A DNA stretch of 64,000 bases from the NCBI GenBank assembly GCA_963760615.1, contig CAVXDX010000008.1:32001-96000 (forward strand), in the 5' to 3' direction. Under the pieces are notes generated by a model, which saw only the letters and a program-made list of their open reading frames with translations, did no database searches and was not told where the DNA came from. The first letter of the stretch is position 1. Each line of letters starts with the position of its first letter. Below, piece after piece: positions 37,300-45,063 of this stretch. This stretch comes from an uncultured Candidatus Micrarchaeota archaeon (GTDB lineage Archaea > Micrarchaeota > Micrarchaeia > Burarchaeales > Fermentimicrarchaeaceae). A program made the translations under genes and the position numbers.

Positions 37300-38871
37300 A
37301 TGCGCAAGAAACATAATGCAAGAAGGACTGAATGCGCCTACTATGACTGCCATGAGACTAGGGGTCTTCGCAAGTGCTGGTACTGTAGGAAGTATTACTG
37401 TCAAAAACATATCCAGGCGAAACCAACAAGTGCCCCTCCATGGATAGACAAGCAACCGCTTTGGAGAATCAAGGATGCGCACCCCTGTCCTGAATTCATT
37501 CCCAGACCTCCCGAGCCAATAGTTATTCCTCCCATGAAACCTCGTCAATACCCATCTAGACCACCCGAAAGACCAGTACTTTACCCAGGACGCTCCACAT
37601 TTTCACGACAATCTAGAGAATGGTCGCCATCATATTCGCCACCAAAAGAGCAGAGTTGGATCAGCAGACATGTGAGATTCATTCTACTCTTAATCGTAAT
37701 CGGACTGCTTTACTATATCTACCAGAATCAGGGTTATTTGCAAAGCGGAAATAACGCATTGCAGAATATCGTTAACAACACTAAACTACCAACCTCTTAC
37801 GCATCAAACAACAGCACTGAAACGCCCCCAAAAAACGAATCGTTAAACCTAAGTGCATTAGGTACCGATGTTTTTAGCAACATAAACGATGAGAGATTGA
37901 AACAGAGTGCAGGACAGCTCACATGGAACGATACGATTGCGGCAGTTGCTATGATATACAGTAATAATACGCTACTTTATGGCGGAACAACATACATTAA
38001 TGATACCCTTGATTACTCCATAGAAGATGTGGTCACATACACTCTTTACATCTATGGGAGCTGCTCCTTCAACTCCACGGGTTCGCTGCAGTACTGCACT
38101 CTTCTTAAGCAAAATGACACTTTATCCCAGATTGATAAGGAATGGTTCAATAAAACAAGCACTCAACAGGTTTTGACATTCCAGAATTTTACTGATGCCG
38201 GAGTCGGAGTTGTTGTCAATGGGAGTTATGCTTACATTACTGTAATTCTAACAGATTACCAATCTTGGCTCAAAGAGGAACAGGGAAGAAAAGCAGAGAT
38301 AGCTGAACAAGAAAGATTAAGTGAAATTGCCAACCTTACGCACCAAAAAATAAATTACGAGCGTACTTCCAGAGGATTAAATGCACTCAATTGGAGCGAA
38401 ACACTTGCAGGAATTGCAATAATGCATGACCAAGACATGATTAACTATAACTTCTTTGAGCATGAGGGACCGAATAATGAATCGTTTGAAGCGAGGTTTG
38501 AGAGGGTAGGGTTTTATTCCGGAATAGGTGAGAATATCTTTGAGGTGGGTCCTTACTATGGCGAAGATGATCGACTCGCAGAAAAAGCAGTTGATGGGTG
38601 GATGAACAGTCCGGGACATAGGGCTAATATACTAAAAGCAGACTATACCTATGAAGGTATAGGTGTTGTAGAAAGCAATAATGACTATTACTTCACTGAA
38701 GATTTCAGTACATCTTCTCCCTGTGGATTCCTCAATGAACGTTGCTGCCAATACGGGGACTATGCATACGGCTGGGCTCCGGGATCTTACAATTGGTGCC
38801 AGTCCCCATACCAGTGCAAGTTCGGTAGTTACTGCGCAATTAATCAAGTAAGCAATAATAGCTCAACATAA
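37300..38871 (+). CDS. AN1-like zinc finger / TM / tandem CAP (SCP) domain protein
   Basis: C..C...CWYCRKYYCQKH; Pro-rich linker; TM; LNWSETLAGIAIMHDQDM..FFEH, GENI, WMNSPGHRANIL; Cys-rich tail. Confidence 0.85.
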   Translation: MRKKHNARRTECAYYDCHETRGLRKCWYCRKYYCQKHIQAKPTSAPPWIDKQPLWRIKDAHPCPEFIPRPPEPIVIPPMKPRQYPSRPPERPVLYPGRSTFSRQSREWSPSYSPPKEQSWISRHVRFILLLIVIGLLYYIYQNQGYLQSGNNALQNIVNNTKLPTSYASNNSTETPPKNESLNLSALGTDVFSNINDERLKQSAGQLTWNDTIAAVAMIYSNNTLLYGGTTYINDTLDYSIEDVVTYTLYIYGSCSFNSTGSLQYCTLLKQNDTLSQIDKEWFNKTSTQQVLTFQNFTDAGVGVVVNGSYAYITVILTDYQSWLKEEQGRKAEIAEQERLSEIANLTHQKINYERTSRGLNALNWSETLAGIAIMHDQDMINYNFFEHEGPNNESFEARFERVGFYSGIGENIFEVGPYYGEDDRLAEKAVDGWMNSPGHRANILKADYTYEGIGVVESNNDYYFTEDFSTSSPCGFLNERCCQYGDYAYGWAPGSYNWCQSPYQCKFGSYCAINQVSNNSST

Positions 38872-38937
38872 TGTAATAGTATCGGTAGCAGGAAAAGAAA
38901 AAGAAGCCAAAGCAAGGTTAATATACATTAATAATAT

Positions 38938-39546
38938 ATGAAAAGTGTGGAAGTGAGTTATTTGGTTGATATCAGCAAAATTCTAATGAATAAATATCTG
39001 ATTATTAGTGTCATTGGTCCTCATGCTGGCGAAGAAATAAACCAAATATTTAATAGAAAAAAGAAAGAGATAGCCGATTCGGGGAAATCGTTTTGGCTAA
39101 TTAGATCCCATAAAGCTACATCTGATAAGATTCAAAAAATTTGTAAAGAAGGAGGGATATACTGCATCTTTATTGAACCCTCTCGAAAAAGTGGATCTCA
39201 AGATACGAAAAATGCATCGGAGGCAAATCAGTATTCTGAGGATAAGATAAAGTGGTCGGGTATACGAGATAAGATTAAAGTAACTGGAAAAATTGATACT
39301 AATGCCACAGCGCTTGTTTTTAGTAGTTTAGAGCGGAGTGATGGTTCAATAAATTTATGGGATTACTCGGATTTTAACAAGCTTGGTGAACCTATTAAGA
39401 TTATGCAAGGTGCATCGACGCTTTGCTGCGTTAAACAACCTTGTTCAAAAGAGCATGAGATCAAGCGGATGAAATCAAAGAATAGGAAGATAGCTGGTTT
39501 TGGCAGGTTGATTGAACCTTTCGGAGTTTGGTTGAGGAAAATCTGA
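38938..39546 (+). CDS. Hypothetical soluble protein
   Basis: 202-aa ORF with own promoter motif; no family recognised. Confidence 0.7.
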   Translation: MKSVEVSYLVDISKILMNKYLIISVIGPHAGEEINQIFNRKKKEIADSGKSFWLIRSHKATSDKIQKICKEGGIYCIFIEPSRKSGSQDTKNASEANQYSEDKIKWSGIRDKIKVTGKIDTNATALVFSSLERSDGSINLWDYSDFNKLGEPIKIMQGASTLCCVKQPCSKEHEIKRMKSKNRKIAGFGRLIEPFGVWLRKI

Positions 39547-39602
39547 ATTGGAAACAGAATCGGTGTCTTGGGGGTTTAAATAACATATAACATAAATTTA
39601 TT

Positions 39603-40292
39603 ATGGCAATTTCCGATGTGGTAATTAGTTCAATAGCTACGGGAATTGTAGGATTCAGCTTAGGTATAGTTCTACATGAGAATTTAAAGAATTGGTTCTA
39701 TTATAAATTTGTAAGGTCACCTCTAGAAATCTCATCCAATCATTTCGATACTTCCGGTCGTATAGGTGGTATGTGGACTTGGAATACCGCATTTATGGAT
39801 ACATTAACTATAACCAATGTATCAGATACGCCTATAAGGGTCAGAAGAATTGGAATAGATAAAAAAATTCTAAAAAATACTGGTTCAAGAGTTGTGCTTG
39901 CCAGTTTTTTGTTCAGGGATTATAACAAATTGATAAAATCAATGGGACTAAATACGACCGGCCTAAAGGAATGGATGAAAGAGACTAGTGTCCAAGATGA
40001 GCTTGTTAATCCTTATACAGCAAAGTTAGGTGAAATTAGTACGTATAAACAATTTGGGCCACATATCGCAGGAGCTGATACGGGATCAATAACAATAAAT
40101 CCGAATGAGCAAGCTAACTTGTATCTCGGTGTTTTATGTCTTACGGATTTGGACAAGTTTATAATTCCTGTGGATGTAACTGTTTATCCCGTATCTGATT
40201 ATAAAAATCCGAAAATTCCGTATAAGATTACTTTTTATAAAGGAATGACTTTTGAACCACGAAATGGACATTTGTACTTAATATCAGATTGA
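39603..40292 (+). CDS. Hypothetical protein with N-terminal membrane anchor
   Basis: 229 aa, single N-terminal TM, beta-rich remainder. Confidence 0.7.
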   Translation: MAISDVVISSIATGIVGFSLGIVLHENLKNWFYYKFVRSPLEISSNHFDTSGRIGGMWTWNTAFMDTLTITNVSDTPIRVRRIGIDKKILKNTGSRVVLASFLFRDYNKLIKSMGLNTTGLKEWMKETSVQDELVNPYTAKLGEISTYKQFGPHIAGADTGSITINPNEQANLYLGVLCLTDLDKFIIPVDVTVYPVSDYKNPKIPYKITFYKGMTFEPRNGHLYLISD

Positions 40293-40345
40293 TGTAGTGA
40301 AGACAGATAATTCCACCACCCAACCTACCATTAGATTTTACATCA

Positions 40346-40903
40346 CTAAACATAATTCAGCAATGCAATCCTTATCGGTAATGGTGGATGACTTATACCA
40401 TGTCGTGAACTTTCGTAACCTAATGCCGTATAATGCTTTTGAAGAGCAGTGAAAAAGACTGTTTTGTTGGAGTTTTTGACAGCATAGAGGTCACAACGTA
40501 ATTCTAAAAGCCACCTACAGATTATGTAAACTAGAAAGAACACTATAGCAGAAAAGAAGAATTCAGATAATGAATTGATTCTTAGAGCAAGTAGAATTGT
40601 GGGTAATAAAGGATATAAGTATCGCGTGCTAAAGAGGATATGCCCTTTTTCATGCAGCAAAACGGATTTTAATTCCTCCTTACTGAATAGTTGACTACTA
40701 TCTTCAGTTAAAACTATGTTCCTCCATCTTGTTTCTACTAGGTATTTTCTTGGTGATTTTATTATTAAGTACTCTATCTCATTCTTTGAATCAATTATTA
40801 CCTTTTCTTTCCGGATCACATCCTCCTTTGAAAAACCTTTGAATTTCAGGTCTATAAATTTTTTTAGTTTTTCTATGAGAGTATTGTCTTTCAACATAAG
40901 CAA
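40346..40903 (-). CDS. M48/M56-like zinc metallopeptidase
   Basis: VLLHEKGH (HExxH), two TMs, ELRCDLYA, SHPP. Confidence 0.75.
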   Translation of the reverse strand: MLMLKDNTLIEKLKKFIDLKFKGFSKEDVIRKEKVIIDSKNEIEYLIIKSPRKYLVETRWRNIVLTEDSSQLFSKEELKSVLLHEKGHILFSTRYLYPLLPTILLALRINSLSEFFFSAIVFFLVYIICRWLLELRCDLYAVKNSNKTVFFTALQKHYTALGYESSRHGISHPPLPIRIALLNYV

Positions 40904-40958
40904 CCTAACCTACCTAACGTATATTAACCTTAAACTAATTAATTATTCGGTGGTTTTC

Positions 40959-41024
40959 ATGGCCGTGTTGCCGCTTGCAAGGGTTGAGAAGCTCATAAGG
41001 AAGGCGGGGGGTCGTGGACACTAA
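40959..41024 (+). pseudogene. Truncated canonical archaeal histone (N-terminal 18 residues)
   Basis: MAVLPLARVEKLIRKAGG-RGH*; matches the LP.A...RLI.KAG alpha1 signature, then stops. Confidence 0.65.
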
Positions 41025-41077
41025 GATGCCGAATTCTGCACGAACCAATAAGATAACCGCTAGCTCCAGAGTCTAGC

Positions 41078-41200
41078 ATGGAAGACGAGAAACTGTCGTT
41101 AGACGAACTTAAGCCGTTATTGCCGTCGTGGCTTTGGGAATTGAAAAAGAAGGTAAAGGAAGAGCGCGAACGGAATTCAGAGTCGTTTTTCAAAGCCTAG
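41078..41200 (+). CDS. 40-aa hypothetical peptide convergent with integrase B
   Basis: MEDEKLSLDELKPLLPSWLWELKKKVKEERERNSESFFKA; could be spurious. Confidence 0.3.
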   Translation: MEDEKLSLDELKPLLPSWLWELKKKVKEERERNSESFFKA

Positions 41201-42382
41201 TTGGACGGCTTTCTTGTAGAGGAATTCCTTGAACTCCGCGTCTTTCATCAACGCGTTCATCAACTCGTCGCCATTCTTGCGCTCGTCCTCAACTTGAGCC
41301 ATTACTTGCGCATCCATTGGAGTACCGCAACGCAGGCAGAACTTGGCTATCGGCGAGTTCTTTTCCTTGCACCGATGGCATAAGCGCACCTTCAATTGTT
41401 CTTCATTCTTGTCTTCAGGTTTTGCCAAGCCTTGCAACGCCAACAATGCGTTGTCGACGTCTCGGCCGCTCAAGTGAACGTATACCGACGCCATTTCCGA
41501 GGATTGAACCCAGCCGAAGTATTCCTTCATTTGAGCTTCAGTCAATTTATCGGCTAGGAACGTGGCACGGGAGTGACGGAACAAGTGGGCGTAAACGCGT
41601 TTCTTGACTCCCGCTTTTTCCGCCAAGCGTTTTATCATAAAGTCAATGGAACGGTGTTCAGCGGGCTGGTTTTTGTTCTGGTAGTTGGTTGCCAAAGGCG
41701 GCCACAAAGGAGCTTCCGGGTCTCCCGCGTGGGCGTACACTTCAATCCAAGACGTCAGCGTGGGTGCCGAGCTGATGATCCGTACTCTTCTGTCGCCAGT
41801 CTTTCCCGTTACTCGCAAGATTGCGCCGTACTGATCGAAGATCACGTTCTTCATTCGCAGGCTGAGCATTTCGCCAATTCGGCAGCCGGATTCGTATAAG
41901 ACAAGAATCAGGGCCTTGTCACGGGGGTTGTTCGCTGCTTCCGCCAGTTTGAAGATCTCTTGCTCGCTTAAGAGCTCTTCGGGCAGCTTGTGCGCGTGAT
42001 TGTTGAGCCTAGGCTTCAACCAGCTGATTTCCGGCGGGAAAGTCTCGTCGTTTCCCTTCAGCCACTTGTAGAATATCTTCAGAATGACTTTGAAGTCGTA
42101 CTTCGAGTTCTCGGCGTACTTTTGGTTCTCGATTTCGCCGACTAGCTCGATCAAATCGTTTTTTGAGGCTTGCTCGAAAGGCATTTTCAGCCAATGCGAG
42201 AGAAAACGCAGGCCGTACATGCACTTGACGACCCTTAGGCGGCTAGATCCTTTCGCCAGGCGCACTTTCGAGAACGACAGAATCAGCTTCTTGTTCTCTG
42301 GACAGACCAGCGCGTCTTTTTCCACCCGAGCGCACGACTGCTCGAAATTCTTCATGCTCTTGTGCACTTCAAACCCGTTCAT
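41177..42382 (-). CDS. Tyrosine recombinase/integrase B with C-terminal zinc ribbon
   Basis: YESGCRIGE, GKTG, HLFRHSRAT, MASVYVHLS, CHRC...CLRC; clearly homologous to integrase A. Confidence 0.95.
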   Translation of the reverse strand: MNGFEVHKSMKNFEQSCARVEKDALVCPENKKLILSFSKVRLAKGSSRLRVVKCMYGLRFLSHWLKMPFEQASKNDLIELVGEIENQKYAENSKYDFKVILKIFYKWLKGNDETFPPEISWLKPRLNNHAHKLPEELLSEQEIFKLAEAANNPRDKALILVLYESGCRIGEMLSLRMKNVIFDQYGAILRVTGKTGDRRVRIISSAPTLTSWIEVYAHAGDPEAPLWPPLATNYQNKNQPAEHRSIDFMIKRLAEKAGVKKRVYAHLFRHSRATFLADKLTEAQMKEYFGWVQSSEMASVYVHLSGRDVDNALLALQGLAKPEDKNEEQLKVRLCHRCKEKNSPIAKFCLRCGTPMDAQVMAQVEDERKNGDELMNALMKDAEFKEFLYKKAVQLGFEKRL

Positions 42383-42476
42383 GCCTATCTTCCTCCGCGG
42401 AAGGGTCTTATCGGGTTTCGCGCCAAATTCGGCACGAACGTGCCAAACTGGCTAGTGCTTTGAAACGTGGTAGCAG

Positions 42477-42562
42477 TGCAGGGGGTGGGATTTGAACCCA
42501 CGAACCCGCTAAGGGACGAGGTCCTGAGCCTCGCACATTTGACCATGCTTTGCTACCCCTGC
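42477..42562 (-). tRNA. tRNA-Leu(CAG)
   Basis: GCAGGGG/CCCCTGC acceptor stem, CGAGG-CTCAGGA-CCTCG anticodon arm, long variable arm, GTGGG-TTCAAAT-CCCAC. Confidence 0.95.
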
Positions 42563-42661
42563 AGCGGTTGTATAGATACGAGTTTACTATATAAAAACAA
42601 TAGCGTAGCTTGGCGGATAAGGTTAAAAATACACAAGAATAAAAACGAATTCAGGTGAACG

Positions 42662-43840
42662 ATGGAAAAGAAACCTCTCTTAGGAGTTGGCAGAAACATA
42701 GTTGCACTAGGGGTAGTGAGCTTCTTCACAGACGTCTCCAGCGAGATGATTTTCCCCATCCTGCCTATTTTCCTTACATCGATTCTTGGGGCTGGCAAGG
42801 AGATAGTCGGTCTGGTTGAGGGGGTTGCCGACAGCATGTCAAGCATCTTTGATATACTCGTGGGATATTTCTCAGACAAATTCAGAAGGAGGAAGGATTT
42901 CGTCACTGCGGGCTACGGATTATCCTCCATTGTGAAGATAGGGTTTGCACTCTCAACAACGTGGTGGCATGTGCTTATTATGCGAGGCTTGGAGAGGGTT
43001 GGGAAAGGGTTGAGGACAGCCCCGAGGGATTCCATAATAGCTGCATCAGTAAATGAAAAAACAAGGGGCAGGGCATTCGGCCTGCACAGGGCAATGGACA
43101 CTGCAGGGGCGATTGTAGGCCCCATAATTGCGTATGGAATTCTCAGGTGGTTAGGCGAAGTCAAATCCACTTACTACTCTATTTTCTATGCTGCACTGAT
43201 TCCCGCATTAATTGCTGTTGCAGTGCTCATACTCTTCGTGAGAGAGCCAAAGAAGCCTGCTGAGATTAAGAGGAAGCATCCTTTCTGGGATTCCCTGAGA
43301 AAGACATCAGGCAGATATAAGAAATTCCTTGCAGTTTCTGTTTTCTTCTCCATTGCCTACTTCAGCTTCGCCTTTTTCATTGTGAGGGCTGCGGACATAG
43401 GGGTGAAGCCGGAGGATGTGCTGCTGATGTATATATTGTATAATATTATGTACATGCTTTTCTCAGTTCCAGCTGGAGTTCTCTCGGACAGAGTAGGGAG
43501 GAAGCCTGTCATTGCAGGCGCATTTGCACTCTACGGGCTCGTGTGCGCTGGCTTTGCCTTCGCAAGCAGCTGGTGGCACGCCGCACTGCTCTTTGCGGTC
43601 TATGGGGTTTTCGTTGCGACAGATGATTCCGTGAACAAGGCGTACATATCTGATTTGGAACCTGATGAGATAAGGGGCATGGCTATTGGGGCGTACAACA
43701 CTGCAACGGCTGCTGCATATCTTCCCGCGAGCATCCTAGTGGGAGTTCTATGGAGCACACAAGGACCTGTTGTAGGCTTCGGAGTTGCTGCAGTAATAGC
43801 AATGATATCTGCAGTTGCCCTTATGGTATACGGCAGATGA
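42662..43840 (+). CDS. MFS transporter
   Basis: GYFSDKFRRRK, RTAPRDSII, GVLSDRVGRK; 12 TMs. Confidence 0.93.
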   Translation: MEKKPLLGVGRNIVALGVVSFFTDVSSEMIFPILPIFLTSILGAGKEIVGLVEGVADSMSSIFDILVGYFSDKFRRRKDFVTAGYGLSSIVKIGFALSTTWWHVLIMRGLERVGKGLRTAPRDSIIAASVNEKTRGRAFGLHRAMDTAGAIVGPIIAYGILRWLGEVKSTYYSIFYAALIPALIAVAVLILFVREPKKPAEIKRKHPFWDSLRKTSGRYKKFLAVSVFFSIAYFSFAFFIVRAADIGVKPEDVLLMYILYNIMYMLFSVPAGVLSDRVGRKPVIAGAFALYGLVCAGFAFASSWWHAALLFAVYGVFVATDDSVNKAYISDLEPDEIRGMAIGAYNTATAAAYLPASILVGVLWSTQGPVVGFGVAAVIAMISAVALMVYGR

Positions 43841-43860
43841 CCTATCTTTCAGAAAATGAG

Positions 43861-44970
43861 TGGGGCTGCTGAGAATTTACTTTTCAGTTCAATTCTCCCA
43901 CATGCCTCAAGCTTGATTCGGCTTTGAGAACTGCTACTTTACTCAGCTCAATTCCCATAATGAGTTTCCAAACTCCCCACTACAATTCTCGTTAGATTAG
44001 TATCCAACTCTGTGTACTTTATATATATTTTTCCAAAGTACTGAGTTCCTGCGTTTGTATTCTTGGGTAGGCTTCCACCTGCATCGGTGCATATAACGAC
44101 ATGGGAAGAGCCTGATTCCGATATGTTTTCCATGGAGCCAGAAGTCATCATTATGGGATTGGATTCATAGTTTCTTATACTAGTCATGGATGCATAGTTG
44201 CTAGAACTGTTCTGGGTGCATGTAACGCCAGTTATGTCTATTGTTTTGCCAGTTCCTTGACCGATACGAAGGTCTAGTTCGCCTGTGTTCGCATGAAGTT
44301 TATATCCTATACATTCTATTCCTGGGTTGAATTTACAACTTTCATATTTTGGGGCAGGCTCCATCCCTAGGTAGACTATAAATAAATAGAGGAGGATGAC
44401 GGCAAATGCAGCAATAGGTAGCGCATGTTTTTGTTTGGTTATGGAACCACCCACAGCTCCCAATACTGCACCAAAAAACATTGCCTGAACAGTTCCAAAG
44501 ATGAATATGAATAGGTAGATGGCACTGAAAGTTGCGAGGTCGGTTCCTGTAACGGGTCCTGCACTGGTCGGTTCCGTTGCAACCCCAACTATGAGGGCGG
44601 CTATTGTTATTACCGCACCTATCACAGAATATATGAATGCCGCGAATGCACCTGTGAGAAATGCATCAGTCAGACTAAGTTTATAGTTCTTCACTGCAGA
44701 GTAGCCCGCATATAGGAAAAGAGGCAGGCTGACTATTGGGGTTACAAGCATCCATAACGCCATAACGCTCATCGGGTTAAGAAAAAGACTGACAAGTGCA
44801 ACTGCTAACATTATAATAAAAATAATTGCCGGAGTTCGCAATACTTTGACTATTTTCTTCCACTCCATTTTACCACCGAGAAGTATTAGTATTCCATCGT
44901 ATATTAACCTACTGTCTTGAAAACTGAACTCATTTTCACGTCGTAAAATAAACCCATGGGGCTGCTGAGA
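43861..44970. mobile_element. 1.1-kb integrase-less mini-island at tRNA-Pro
   Basis: Exact 14-bp direct repeat TGGGGCTGCTGAGA at 43861-43874 and 44957-44970 (tRNA 3' end). Confidence 0.7.
43948..44868 (-). CDS. Membrane protein (about 5 TMs) with C-terminal pilin-head-like domain
   Basis: Hydrophobic N-terminal half; CKFNPGIEC...LRIGQGTG...IYIKYTELDTNLTRI. Confidence 0.75.
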   Translation of the reverse strand: MEWKKIVKVLRTPAIIFIIMLAVALVSLFLNPMSVMALWMLVTPIVSLPLFLYAGYSAVKNYKLSLTDAFLTGAFAAFIYSVIGAVITIAALIVGVATEPTSAGPVTGTDLATFSAIYLFIFIFGTVQAMFFGAVLGAVGGSITKQKHALPIAAFAVILLYLFIVYLGMEPAPKYESCKFNPGIECIGYKLHANTGELDLRIGQGTGKTIDITGVTCTQNSSSNYASMTSIRNYESNPIMMTSGSMENISESGSSHVVICTDAGGSLPKNTNAGTQYFGKIYIKYTELDTNLTRIVVGSLETHYGN

Positions 44971-45029
44971 TTTGAACTCAGGTCACGGAGTCCCGAACCC
45001 CGGAGCATACCAGACTAGCCCACAGCCCC
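44957..45029 (-). tRNA. tRNA-Pro(CGG)
   Basis: GGGGCTG/CAGCCCC acceptor stem, anticodon loop TT-CGG-GA, CTGAG-TTCAAAT-CTCAG T arm. Confidence 0.93.
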
Positions 45030-45063
45030 ATACTTTAAATATAGGCAGCGGAATAATTAAAGC

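Larger units (their letters stand above)
17861..42487. mobile_element. Integrative, putatively conjugative element B inserted at tRNA-Leu 3' end
   Basis: 11-bp direct repeats, integrase next to tRNA, VirB4/PrgI/VirB6/pilin cluster, Cdc6, defence cargo, AT-rich accessory segments. Confidence 0.8.
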
